Assembly: GCF_009914755.1 (NCBI RefSeq)
Contig: NC_060925.1
Length of the DNA stretch: 64,000 bases
Source of the DNA: the human T2T-CHM13v2.0 reference genome, Homo sapiens
Direction: 5' to 3' (one strand)
Part shown: positions 27,303-40,829 of the stretch, one piece after another
Numbering within the stretch: the first letter of the stretch is position 1
Layout: every line of letters starts with the position of its first letter
Notes under the pieces: generated by a model
Databases searched by the model: none
What the model saw: only the letters and a program-made list of their open reading frames with translations
Told to the model about the DNA's origin: nothing
Translations under genes and position numbers: made by a program

Positions 27303-28680
27303 AGACCAGGTTCAAACATTTTATGGGTTCAGGACAAGAGTATAGCTAGAGGTCCATATACTGGATGTCTAAATTCAAAATTCATAATCAAACTAGTAAA
27401 CTGTTGCATAAACTGCCTTCTATATCCCTACATTGACAAATATACTTTAATAGAAACAAAAATAAAAATATGTGTGAAGCTATTATTTTTATGTCACTGA
27501 AAATAAACCACTGTTCTACTAATAAGTGGTTGATGTTTGTTGACTACTAAAATAAAGGAATACATAATTTATAAATTGCTATACACTAATTCCACAAAAT
27601 TTTCTTTCCTTCATTTTGGCAAAAAAAAATTTATGCTATTATAATCAAGATTGTCATATAATTTTTGTTCCTTTAGTAGTAACACCAAATTACACAATTA
27701 TTCCTGAGTCACTGTAGTTCTTAGGTAAGTTTATACTAATTTCAGTTTAGAGAAAACTCACTCTTCAGAGGCAGGAGAAACTGGCATTATCAATAAAATT
27801 ATTAAAATAATTAGATTATTATCTTAGATTTAGAAAGATCTTTAAATTTTAGGTAGAATATGCAAACATTATAGTGGGATTACATATGATAAATTATCAC
27901 TATCATAGAAAGCTTTACAAACTATTATAATTTCATTGTATAAATTATCACTTGTCTCATGATTTTCACCATTTTAAAAACAGTAACCAGATTTAATAGA
28001 AAGGTGAAGAATCAGTATCAGACATCGTACATGTTACTTCTTCCTATATATAAATTTCAGGGTAATATAAATTTTAACTATTACAAAGTTAATAGTTCTT
28101 CATCTGCCACCTGTAACTCCTATAAATACCATACCAACTGATGTATCTCCAGAACCAGAAGACAGAGAAGCAAGAGAAAGTACCCTATATGTCACTGGGA
28201 AGTGATTCTTTATTGAGCAGGAATATCCATATTAAAGCTTTTTGAAAAGAAAGATTGGACAAATTGACTAATTCGCCTCTTCTTTTACCTAAATGCTTCA
28301 GTTGTTCAAATATTTCCCACATTCTAAAATAGGGACTAGCTTCAACATTGGCAATGACACAAACCACAAACCTTTAAAGCATGTTTCAGGGACGTATATT
28401 AAGAGATATTTAAAAAAAAAAAAAAGTTTTTCTTTGAGGTCCAGAAGATGTTACTTGTAAGAACAAATGTTTACGGTTGCATATGTCAGCCCTCAACAAC
28501 AGATCCTGAGTGACAGAGGTGCCCATGTGCTCTTAAATAAATCTGTCTTTTTGTATTTGTGGTATGTATTATCTTTCAATACAAGGTCTAGAGCAGGGAT
28601 TCCTATGGCTTAGGTCTAAAGATGTTATTAAATCTATTCATGGGACCTTGGGGCATACTTGCTGGGCAACGCTGAGAGAG
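27303..28680 (-). mobile_element. Zaphod/MER115-like hAT-Tip100 fossil with a transposase C-terminal remnant
   Basis: Minus strand about 27630-27810 translates LLIMPVSPASEE*VFSKLKLV*TYLRTTVTQE*LCNLVLL, the hAT dimerisation (hATC) motif with stops. Confidence 0.75.
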
Positions 28681-28817
28681 AGGATACATTAGGGGGAGAA
28701 CTGCGTAAATAAAAAGGAGGCCATAGGTAGGATAATAAGGTGTGTGTGTGTCTTTGCACATATGAGTGTGGAGTGAGCAAGTTTTAATTTCTCATTATTT
28801 AAGAGATATAGAAGAAT

Positions 28818-31800
28818 GACATCATCAAGATGGGGGAATAGGAAACCCCAGACCCCATTCCCCAACAGAAACATTAACTAAACAACAATACACAGACAAA
28901 AAGTTTTTATGAGAACCTAGAAATCAGTTAGGAAGTCACAATACCCCCAGGCAATCTCAAAGCCAAGAGCAGCTGCATTGAAATGGATAAGAAATTTATT
29001 TCATTAACTATGTCAGCCCCTCCCCCAAGCCAGCACATCTCTGGGAGGAAAAGCCCAACATACAGCTTCTTTTGTGACAGGTAGAGAAAAGAATGAAATG
29101 TATGTTCAAAGTTTCAGCTTTTGAGGGGCTGCCCAAGGAACTGGTTTCTGTCTCACCTGACTCGGAAGATTCATGGGAACTGACATACATTGGATGCCTG
29201 GGAGCCACAGAGAGCAAAAGAGAGTCAGCGGCTTGTGGCAGTGCCAGAGAACTTGTAATATCACAGATAGAAATTAGCAGGGCTTGTTGTAATCAAGAGT
29301 AAGCACCTAGCTGTGGCTTTTTCCCTGGGAAAAAACAGGAGGGTGGTATGTGTGTCTAGCATTCTGCCTTTTCAGGGGGCTTCCTGAGGGACGAGTTTTT
29401 GCCTCATCTGATTCAGAGTCCTAATGGGAAACCAACATACCTTGTTTGCTTAGGGCCAGAGGGACCAAAAAAAAAAAAAACCTAAAAACTCAGTTGCTTG
29501 TGGTTGCACCAGAAAACTTATAATACTACAGATAGACACCAGAGGGAGCAAGAGATTACAAGCTCTGAAAAAAACAACTTGCAAACCTCTCTAATTGGGA
29601 GAAACCAGAGAAAACACATCTCCAGAAAAGATGTGAGAGGCCCTCACAACCTCTAGCTGAAATAACTGGTGAAGTTATTTCCCTGTATGAAGTCAGTGAG
29701 TAAAGACTAGGAGAGATGGCTGTTTTTCAAATGCATGAATACCAATATAGTTACAAGACACATAAAGAAATATGGAAACATATCTCAATCAAAGGAACAA
29801 AATAAATCTCTAGTAACCAACCCTAAAGAAATAGAGTTATATGAAGTACCTGACAAAGAATTCAAAATAACCATCACAAAGATGTTAGAAAAATGGTAAA
29901 TGAACAAAATGAGAATATCAACAAAGAGAAAAAATTTTAAATAAACAACAGCAATTTTGGAGCTTAAAAACACAAGAGCTGAATTGAAAATTTCACTAGA
30001 GGGGTTCAAAAATAAAAGTGATGAAGCAGAAAAAAAGAATCAACAAACTCGAAAACAGATCATTTCAGATTACCTAGTCAGAAGAACAAAAGGAAAAAGA
30101 AATGAAAATGAATGATGAAAGTCTAAGGGACTTATGGAACCCCATCAAGCAGACTAATTACACATTATGGCTATTCCAGAAGGAAATGAGGGAAAGAGAG
30201 AGAGAGAGATTGAGAATGGCATAAAGATTATTTGAAGACACAATGGCTGAAATTTTCCCAAATTTGGGGAAGGAAATGGACATACAGATAAAAGAAGCCT
30301 AAAGGATCCCAATTAAGATAAACTTGTAAAAGTCTACATTACAATCAAATTGCCAAAAGTCAAAGACAAAGAGAGAATTTTGAAAGTGGGAAGAGGAAAG
30401 CTACTCACCATATGAAAAGGATTCTACATAAGAATATCAATGGGTTTCTCAGCAGAAGCCTTGCAGGCCAGCAGGAAATAAGAGAATATATTCAAAGTGC
30501 TAAAAGTAAAAAAAAAAAAAAAAAGAATATGGCAAAACTGACATTCAAAAATGAAGCAGAAACACTGAATTTCCCAGATAAAAGCTGAAGGAGTTCCTCA
30601 CCATTAGACTTCCAGGCAATGCTATAGAGTGTCCTTCAAGTTGAAAGAAAAGGATGCTAAAGAGCAACACAAAAACATGTGAAAGTATAAAGCTTGCTGG
30701 TAAAGGTAAATCTATAAACGAATACAGAATATTGTAATGGTGGTCCATAAATCACTTTTAATTATAGTATAAGAGTTAACACAAAGCGTGAAGGAGAAAG
30801 AAGTTAAAGAGTAAAGTTGTATGTGATTGCAGTTAAGTTGTTATCAGCTTAAAGTAGGTTGTTATAACTATAAGTGTTTTGTGTAAGCATCATGTTAACT
30901 ACAAAGAAAATACACATAGAAGATACATAAAGGAAATTAAGAAATGATTCAAAACATGTCACTACCAAAATGACAACACAAAGAGAGAAAGAAAAAGAAC
31001 AAAAAGCTACAAGACAGAAAACAATTAATAAAATGTCAATCTTAAGTCCTTCTCTATAAGTAATTGCTTTAAATGTAAATGGATTAAATTCCCGATCATA
31101 AGACATCAAGTGGCTGAATGGATTTTTAAAAATCAAGATCTCACTATATGCTGCCTATGGGAAACTCACTTTAGATTTAAAGACATATGCAGGCTGAAAG
31201 AAAAGGATAGAAGAAATATATTCCATGAAAATGGTAACCAAAATATAGCAGAGGTAGCTATATTTATAACAGAAAAAATAAGCTTTAAGTCAAAAACTGA
31301 CACAGTAGACAAAAGAGGACATCATATAATTATAAAAAGGGGCCAATTCACCAGAAAGATAAATCAACTATAAATGTATATGCACCCAACATCAGAGCAC
31401 CCAAAAACATGAAGCAAATATTAATAGAACTGAAGGAGAAACAGACAGCAATGCAATCATAGTAGAAGATTTGAATACCTCACTTTCAATTATGGCTAGA
31501 ACATCCAGACCGAAAATCAATAAGAAAAGAGTAAACTTGAACAACCCTATAAATCAGATAGATCCAATAGACAGATAAAGAACATTCCACCCAATAGCAG
31601 CAGAATTCACATGCTTCTCAAGTTCACATGGACATTCTCCAGTATAGATCACATATTAGGCTACCAAACAAGTATTAACACATTTGAAAAGACTGAAATC
31701 ATACCAATTTCCAACCACAATGGAATGAAAACTAGAGATCAATAACAGAAGGAAAACTGGGAAATTCACAAGTACATGAAGTTAATCATATACTTCTGGA

Positions 31801-32632
31801 CAACCAAGGGACCAAAGAAGCAATTAAAAGGAAAACTAGAACATATCTTAAGACAAATAAAAACAAAACCACAACACACCAAAACTTATGCAAATAAGCA
31901 AAAGTCATACTAAGAAGAAAGTTTGTGGTGATAAATGCCTACATTAAAAAAGAAGAAAGATCTCAAATAAATAACCTAACTTTATATCTTAAGGAACTAT
32001 AAGAACTATAAGGAACAATAAAAGCAAACTAAAACCAAAGATAGCAGAAATGAAGGAAAAAACAAAGATTATAACAGAAATAACAGAAATAGAGAATAGT
32101 AAACAACAGAAAGAAATCAATGAAACTGAGAGTTGGCTTTTTAAGAGATCAACAAAAATGACAAACCTTTAGCTATACTAAGAAAAAAAGAGGGAGACCT
32201 AAATAAAATCAAAAATGAAAGAGGAAATATTACAATTGATGCTACATCAATAACAATAATTGTAAGATATAACTAACAAAAATTATATGCCAACAAATTA
32301 TATGCCTGGAAGAAATGGATATTCCTGAAACATTTAACCTACCAAGTTTGAATGCTGAAGAAATAAAAAGAACAAACCTAAACTAGTAAGAACAAACCTA
32401 TAACTAGTAAGAAAATTGGATCGGTAATTAAAAACCTCAAAGTGGATGGGGTTAGGAAAAAATGGGGAGTTGCTGATCAATGGTCATAGAGTTTCAGTCA
32501 TGCAAGATGAAAAAGTTCTAGAGATCTGCTGTACAACAATGTGTATATAGTTCACAATACTATGCTGTACACTTAAAAATGGTTAATAAGGTAGATTTTA
32601 TGTTTTTCAACACAATAAAAAATAAATTTTTA
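28818..32632 (+). mobile_element. Old L1M (L1MA10/L1MB-type): 5'UTR, ORF1 and ORF2 endonuclease, joined to a short 3' end
   Basis: 5' end CATCAAGATGGGGGAATAGG, ORF1 at about 29780-30650, EN peptide AEWIFKNQDLTICCLWETHFRFKD (31110-31373), 3'UTR GAGTTTCAGTCATGCAAGATGAAAAAGTTCTAGAGATC at 32440-32630. Confidence 0.88.
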
Positions 32633-32829
32633 AAGAGAGATATAAACAATAGCTACAATCTAAAAGCAGTTAGTCATCTATACTAATCTAGATCATCCAT
32701 TCCAACGGTTTTTCAAACTTTAACTAACAGAGGAATAATTTTTCACTTAAAATTTTCCAGTAAACCCAATAACAAAACCATAAAAGTATAACTGTGTGTG
32801 TTGAGTTGTGTTGGGTGGGAGGGAACCAG

Positions 32830-32960
32830 AGCTCCTCATTTTATAGACACAGAAACTGAGGCCCTGGGAGGAAAATGGATTCACCCCGAAGCACACAGTG
32901 AGTTAATGGCATGGCCCTGGCTACAATCCACATCTCCTGATTCCCAGCTCAGTGTTCTTT
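32830..32960 (-). mobile_element. MIR
   Basis: CTCATTTTATAGACACAGAAACTGAGGCCC. Confidence 0.7.
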
Positions 32961-33583
32961 GCATTTTCATTAAAGTTCTTGTGCCTAATCTGGAAAACAC
33001 CCAGATAACCATAAAAGGAAACAGATGAAGGTACCCACAAATGAGCTATGGAAGGAGAGGGAGTTTTTAAGCCTAATCACCAGCCAATAGATTTCCAGTT
33101 TCAATGGTTTTTTAATATCAAAGTTGTTTTCATTATTTATTAATGAACTTTTGTTAACATTGTTTATTATTTATTAACATTAATTAAACGAACATTTGAA
33201 ATTGCACAGAAACAAAAAAGGAGAAAAAATTTATAATCCTACCAATTATATAAACAACTCTTAACACTGGAATATGTCTTCTGTCTCTTAAAGAACAGAT
33301 TGTTGGGTTTTCACCAAATTGTGCTCATTCTGTATGTTCAATTTTGTCTCATGCTTTTTTCACAATATTATAGCATAAGCATTTTCCATTTGTAAATAAC
33401 ATTTTCTTTCATGACTACATAATATGCTCTGAAGTAGTCATGCCATGCAGAAGATTTTTTTCTAAATTTGTTCACCACTTCAAATAATACTAAAATGAAC
33501 ATATATCCGTGTATATAATGGTTGAACAATGTGTATGGTAGTATACTAGAGGTAGAATTGAGTTTAAGAATTTGAAGATTTTT

Positions 33584-33898
<315 letters not shown>

Positions 33899-34534
33899 TT
33901 AAGTCTTTTGGTATGTAGCATCAAATCACATATATTTTATTTATGCATAATTACATAAACATCATTTAAAATTCTGGAAATAGAAATATAGATAAAATAA
34001 TATTTGCCATTATTTCTTTGACCTAGAGGCAGATACCTATTGAATATCTTGGTATAGTTCTTCCCCATCTTTTTTGAAAATAAATACATATGCGCACACA
34101 ATTACCAAATTGAAACTATTGTGTATGAGTGTGTAATAGTTTGATTTTTTATTACCATGTCTATAAATAATACTTAGAGACCAAACAGATTTTATTAATT
34201 ACAACATATTATCCCAATCACACAGCCAAACATACTCCCATTTTTCCACCCCTAGTATAGCCACATCCACGTGCCCATACCCAAGTAACAGAGAGATTAC
34301 ATACAAGACCACTCCTAATAAGACAACTCTCAAGACACAATCTTGGTTGTAGTTCTCACTGGCTTTCTTCTGAGAAACTGACTCAAGAGTGAATATAGGC
34401 AGTTGCAATAGCATTTTTCTAACTGGAAACTTCTACAGAGCTCAACTCAGAATGATACGCCACTGTGCCAGCCACCAGGAACAGTTTTGGGCCCTGAAAT
34501 ATGAATCTCTGCTTTTCATCAGATGTTTCCAAAA

Positions 34535-34775
34535 GCAGAGTGGTTATGACAGAAACTTTGGCATTAGACTCTCCTGGGTTCCAGCCATGACTGTACCTCC
34601 TATTGTCTGTGCAACTTGAATTAACTTTACCCCTCTAAGCCTCAGTCTCTCCATCTATAAAAATGAATGACAGTAGCTGCTTCATAGGTTTGAAGTGATG
34701 ATCAGATGAGACAATGCATGTAAAGTACTCAGCATTGTGTCATTGCAGGCACTTAATTTTAACTGTAATTATTAT
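34535..34775 (+). mobile_element. MIR
   Basis: CTCTAAGCCTCAGTCTCTCCATCTATAAAAATG...ATGCATGTAAAGTACTCAGCA. Confidence 0.75.
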
Positions 34776-34989
34776 TTTGAGGAGTTCTGGCAGCAGCTTT
34801 CGACTCTCGCTCTCACAAATATGACTTTCTCTTTCCTCATTGATCTATTAACAGAAAATATTTTTTGACTGATAATTCCCAAAGCAGTCATTATGGCAAT
34901 GAACACAGCAGTTCAAAATGTTATCATATTTATCTTATCACAAATGTTATTAATAGCTCAAAGCAGTTGAAATTGTCATTAACTATTTT

Positions 34990-35210
34990 TAATAAATAAG
35001 TATATTTCGGCACTTAATATTCCCAGGAGCTTTATATAACAATATTTTCCTCAATCTTCACAAGGCTGTGAAGTATTATTATTACCATTTTGCAAATGAG
35101 CAAACTGACATGGACACTTTAAGAAATTTGCTAAAGGTCACACCAGTAGAAGTTGAACAGCCAGGATTTGAGTCCAAGCCTGTTTTAATCCAAGCCCCAA
35201 GCCCCATCCA
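34990..35210 (-). mobile_element. MIR
   Basis: CATTTTGCAAATGAGCAAACTGAC...AAGGTCACAC...GGATTTGAGTCCAAG. Confidence 0.75.
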
Positions 35211-35216
35211 CTGGGC

Positions 35217-35520
35217 CATGGATCAGCAAATCTTTTTCTGTAAAGGACCAGATAGTAAATATTTTAGGCTTTTCAGGCCTTATGGTCTCCATCATAACTA
35301 CTCGACTCTACCATTATAGCACAAAAGCAGCTATAAATGATACAGAAATGAAGGACATGACTATGTCCAATAAACTTTATTATGGGCACTGAAATTTGAA
35401 TGTTATATTATTTATATGTGTCACAATATATGACTCTTCTTTTCATTTTCTATCCAACCATTTAAAAAATGTAAAAATCATTCTTAGTTCATGAGCCATA
35501 TAAAAAATAGTAGGTGGACT
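35217..35520. mobile_element. MER58B (hAT-Charlie)
   Basis: TTTTCTGTAAAGGACCAGATAGTAAATATTTTAGGCTTT...CCAATAAACTTTATT...AACCATTTAAAAAATGTAAAAATCATTCTTAG. Confidence 0.85.
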
Positions 35521-35639
35521 ATAGATGCATCTTCAGGGAGAATACAATGATCAGGAAATGTGGGGATCTCTAGCCACACTGGACAGTTTTCAGGGGTGTG
35601 ATGCTACTAGACTCTCCCTCAGGTCTTTTCTGTTATTCT

Positions 35640-36005
35640 TTTAGCTACAACACTCCTTCTACCCCTCCTCCCCAGCATCTGCCTTTATCTGCCATACGCC
35701 TTGTCATCCTTCAAACCAAAGTAGCTTCGCTGTTACTAGTTGCAGGAAATGCAACAAACCCCCCCTTACCGCCACCTCCATACTAAGCGAGGTACCCCTT
35801 TTCTGCTCTCTCTTAGCACCCTATATGTTCCCATCATAGGATCTATCACAAAGAATTGGGACAACTTGGGTACAAGACTGTCTGCTCCAAGGTCAAGTGC
35901 CATAAAGGTAAGCTTCTGTCTTGGTGATAAGTGTACCCACTTAGTCATTAGCACAGTGTATGGATTATAAGGGAAGTTGAATAAATATAGGAATGAAGAA
36001 CAAGT
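35640..36005 (+). mobile_element. L2 3' fragment
   Basis: Pyrimidine-rich body ending TAGCACAGTG...AATAAATATAGGAATGAA. Confidence 0.5.
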
Positions 36006-37167
36006 GGGAGAAAGGAAAGTAGGGGAGAGACAAACGAAAGTTCTTAACTGTAAATACAAGCTCTGAACAGGATAAGGAGAGGTGGAGAGAGTAGGAGAGG
36101 AACCTACACCTGGCCATTAGGGAAAAGGTGGAAAATTGCCAAACATGGATGTGGAAACCCTTTTTCTACTTCTCATGAGGGGCAGTCCATGATCCCCTGT
36201 AAAAGGGTGTGTTCATTATGTTGGGACAATGAAGAATAAGGCAAAAACTAGTCTCCTAGACTTGTCCCACCGAGGACCAGAGAAGAGACACTAACTAGAG
36301 AATCTGAGTGCCCATGGATTCCTGAGTAATTTACATCATGTTCACTGCCAGTGAAATGCAGAGATGGCAGTGGCTCAAAAATTAAGATGGCTTCTTTTTA
36401 AAATGTTGTAACAAATAAAAGAATCCCACTGAGAACACAAAGAAAAAAGAAATTAAAGAGCCAGGAGGTGGAGGTATGAGGGGGTAGCGACTCTAAAAGC
36501 CTTCTTTCGGCTCCATATCAAACAGATTTGCTCTTTTTAGGAGATTATGGAAGCTTGGGTTTGTTCTCCAAAGAACTGCTTTGAAGCAAAGAGTTTAATC
36601 ATCACACACCATTAATGTTTCAGATTTGGGGTTTCTCTTTTTTTCTTTTCTTGACTGGGTGCTCTAAGGGAGAGTTTCTTTGAGATGAAAACATGTGAAA
36701 TAAGAAACACCAGCGGTTCACTCCACTGCTGCTTTGTGCTTCCTCTCCCGTCTCCCAAATCCTCTTCCTCACAGGTACAAGGCCTCAGAGAGATGCCAAC
36801 ACCTGCTTCTACCACGAGACTCTTTAAAGGCTCAAACAAATATTTGACGAGAGGTGTTCAGAGTCACACTCCAAATATCTATTTTATTCATTCACTGAAC
36901 TCTTGCATCTGCCAAGAAAGGTGACAATCACTGGACAACTGAAGAAGAATCCAAGAAATGCCCAACATTGCCCTCATTGTCTTATCTTCCTTTCCCCATC
37001 CCCTGTTGTTTCTGAAGGAGAAGGGATACTCCTGGATCTACCAGGTTCAAATAGGGCACGAAGCCTACTCACTGTCATTGGAGAAAAGAGTTGAGCTATG
37101 GACCATAAATTCTAAGCCCAAATTTGCCACTAACTTTAAGTAGGCCATTTGATTTCTCTGGGTACAG

Positions 37168-37591
37168 GTGGATCCTGTGACAAACAATGGAGATTCCCTC
37201 CCACCTATTAGGAATATTAGTAGCTGACAGCTCTCAGCTGAAACTCCTTTGCATTTTTTCTTTGCTTGGAAAGAATTGTCCAGCCTGGAGTCTCTTCCTT
37301 TTCCCTGAAAATAGCTCTCATTCAATTGCTGGTGATCCATTATAGGAGTACAGTATCCTCATCCCCTTGCCCTAATTTGGGACAGTTCTGCAATGCCATC
37401 CCAGTTTCCACATTTCCTGTAGGATTAGCTAGAACTTCGTCTAGCCATCTCCTCCCTCTGCCCAATTTTCCTTCCTTTACTTACCTGCAGGTGTTGATCC
37501 TGATGGTCATCCCAATAAAGTTCTTGCACACAGGTCTTCACAATTCTCATACAAGTCTCAAAGTCTGCTTTCAGAGAACCTACCTGGGACC
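37168..37591 (+). mobile_element. LTR16-family (ERVL) solo LTR inserted in a MIR
   Basis: GGGACAGTTCTGCAATGCCATCCCAG...CAGGTGTTGATCC...CCCAATAAAG...GTCTGCTTTCAGAGAACC. Confidence 0.8.
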
Positions 37592-37799
37592 CTGACCCAT
37601 AGCTTCCCCATCTATGTAATAAGAGGACTCTACCAGATGACCTCCATTTCTGTCTGTAAACATAAGTGAAGTACAATGATCCAACTGCCAGGTCTATAAC
37701 ACAATCAGCAGAAGCAGCAGCAGCAGGGACTCACATGCATCTGAATGCAATTGAATTACCTGATTCAGAACACGTCTTTCAAACACTGTGAAACAATCA

Positions 37800-38620
37800 G
37801 TGAAGTGGCAGAGACACCAAAAATTGGGGTCTCTAGGTTGGAACCCTATCTCTGTCACTAACTTGCTCAGTGACCCCAGGTAATTCTCTCTGCTGGGCTT
37901 CATTTTCTTAAATACAAAATAAGAGGCTTTATCATATTTCTCCCCCTCTCTTCATTTTAGATGAATTTATGTGACTTCTGCTTTGAAAAGAAAAAAAGTT
38001 CATTTTTGGAAAAATCATTTTGTCATTCACCATGAACCAAAAGCTCACATTAAGCATCTTATTATTCATGACTCTGCACAGCACCCTCTTCAGTCCTTGC
38101 CCTTAGGGAATGTGTGGTCTAAGGCTGGTTGACCTCTACTGGGAGTCACGAATGAGGCATACTCTCTAGATCAATGTGCCACTCATCCACAAAGGAGAAA
38201 CCTGCTATAATTTACAAGGTTATCACATATTCAAAGAATAACTAAAAGGAAATAGAAACTAACACACATTGAGCACTGCCTAAGTGCCTATCACAGACTT
38301 TTGTCCTCTTATGTGGATTATAGTTCATTTACTTCTGACAACAGTCCCTGAAAGTCTGCCATCACCATCCCATTTCAGATGAAGCTTGCGGAGAGGGTGT
38401 GACAACCTGGAGTCAAGCAGCGAGCATGTGGAAGAACCAAGGCTAGAACCCCGGCGTGGTTCTGCCACACCGTAATGTACTTGCCTGCTCCTCTGTCTCC
38501 TCAGTGAGAGTTGGGAGCTCCTTGAGGGCAGCCCCTATTGCTTTCTTCTTCATATCCTGAACACCTAGCATGATGGCAAGTACCTGTTACTAAATACAAG
38601 TTTATAACATTACTTAATTA
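37800..38620. mobile_element. MIR (+, about 37800-37930), MIR (-, about 38255-38470) and L2 end (+, about 38490-38620)
   Basis: CTCTGTCACTAACTTGC, CCCATTTCAGATGAAG, and GAGCTCCTTGAGGGCAG...CACCTAGCA. Confidence 0.6.
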
Positions 38621-39155
38621 AGGTCTCTTGACTTCTCCTATTGCTATTTCTATCACACTATCATGCAATCGGCCTTGCTACTTCGCCTCCAAATTTTTCT
38701 AAAAATTATTCATCTTGAGACAGGCAGAAGATCAATCTCAAATAACAAACATGCAGCTTATTATGGTCTCCCAACTTACATGGTGATATGAGTCATTTGG
38801 CCCCCTTGGGATTTAATAGCTGGCTGACAAGCCTCAGCACTGTCAATGTGCTTGAGATTGGCTCACTTGGGCCAGCTGGGCAAGGGTTTCCATTGATTAT
38901 TCCTAAAAACCCATTATGCTTTTGAAAGCCATTTCATTTTAAGATGGTTTAAATACATCCTTATCATTTTTAAGCATGCCCACAAAAAGCATCCTAAAGA
39001 TATTTGATCATTCAATTACACTAAATGAGGCCAATGTATATGCTGCTGCCTCAGAGGTTATCATGCTTAATAAAACGTACTTTATAAACCCCATGAAGGC
39101 TGTAATTAAATTTACAAACAGCCTTCCCCACAACTTTAACAAAAGATATCTGAAT

Positions 39156-39156
<1 letters not shown>

Positions 39157-39196
<40 letters not shown>

Positions 39197-39220
39197 ATGT
39201 GTGTGTGTGTGTGTGTGTGT
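39157..39220. repeat. (GT)n microsatellite with one interruption
   Basis: Read directly. Confidence 0.98.
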
Positions 39221-40571
39221 TTTAAAGTGTCCTGTTCCATAAGGATTATAGCTCCCCTGCTGTTTGGAAAAGACAATTTCACTTGTAACACTAATAACTT
39301 GAGCAGGGGAGAAGCTGGCCTGGTGAATGGAATGCACTTCACTGCACATCTTGGCTCAGCTAGAAATCGGAAACAGATGGTCCTTGCGGCTGGTTTCCCA
39401 CTCGAGCCCGCTCACTGCCAGCCTGTGGTCTTCTGTGGGCTGCTGCTGGCAGTCTGTGACTTGAACATAGTAGGACAGTGGCAAAAGAAATCAAATCTTT
39501 TCCAATGAGCAGCAAGTTGTAATGAAATTTGACAGATCTGACATTCTATACCCAACATCTAGTTAGAATATATTAACCTTTAGTTTTCTTAAGCGCCTTG
39601 CATAGAAGTTGTGAATATACTTATTAGAGGGTTATGTTGTATGTGTTTTTTTTTTTCCTTTTTTTTCTTTTTTAACAGGGGGCAGAGGGTTTAGTCCAAT
39701 CTTGGGTGGCAGCCGGTTAACAGAAAATGCAGAGAAAGTAAAAGTCAAAGAATTTCTAAATGGAAATGAGGCACAAGATCTGCCGCCAAGAAGAAAACTG
39801 ATTCTTTGCAGGACATTGTGGGTGAGTTTCTGCCAAAAATAAATTATCAATATTTTCCTTGCACAATACAGATAGATTGATTGAGCAATAAATATATATC
39901 CATATCTACATATATGTATATATACCAGATCAAAAATCTGAGCAATCTCTGGGCAAATTAATAAAATAGATGGGGCTGTCTGGACCCTCTGGCATTTTCT
40001 TCAATTCTGCCCTTTTCAGCTTTGCAGCATTCACTTCTGCCATACGGTGAGAAAAGCATGCCAGGTGACCTGGAATGCTGGTTTCTTTAAGTCACCACAC
40101 TCACACCCAGTAATGACATGTACCTGTGCAGAGGATTTTGCTGCCTTCATCAAAAAAGGATAAATCTCCCACCAGAGACCTTCACACTTTAGAGCTTTAG
40201 AGGAACTAGACTTTCTATCCTTTTGTGTTGATTCTTCTTTTTATCCCAATACTTAACGTGTGAATACATCCTGACTCGAAGGTTTAGATGGTGATGGCCT
40301 GAACACCATCTTAGGATTTTCCACCTGATTAAGGTTAGAGGAAAGATCTAGGTGTTAATAGTAGTTAATGCCTCTTAATACAGCTTTTATTTTCTGTTCT
40401 ATTTTTTTCTTTCTTTTTAATCTTGGATACCCATTGCTCTAAACTGAACATTTCTGCAGCTTCAGCAACAGGGTACATTTCTAATTTCATGTTTTCCATG
40501 AGCCTGGTGATTCAAGGCCATACATATCTGTTAAGCTCAACATTCAACTCTACATAAGAAATAAAAAATAT

Positions 40572-40810
40572 CCAAGGCAGGAAGATCACTTGAGACCAGG
40601 GGTTCAAGACCAGCCTGGGTAACAAAGCAAGCCCCCGTCTCTCTAAAAAAAAAAATCAATTAGCCAGGTGTGGTGGTGCACAACTGTGGTCCCAGCTACT
40701 TGGGAGGCTGAGGTAGGAACATCAGTCAAGCCCAGGAGTTCGAGGCCACTGTACTCCAGCCTGGGTGACAGATAAATCTTATCTCCAAAAAAATGAATAA
40801 AAAATAAAAA
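40572..40810 (+). mobile_element. 5'-truncated AluJ with a small right-arm deletion
   Basis: Starts CCAAGGCAGGAAGATCACTTG. The right arm jumps GAGGC|CACTGTACTCC. Confidence 0.9.
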
Positions 40811-40829
40811 TTGTCTTCTGAGAACAAGC

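Noticed and set aside
38976-39508. ORFs with CVCVCV/HTHTHT runs, and FFLS-repeat ORFs at 62402-62693
   Set aside because: Stop-free frames produced by microsatellites.
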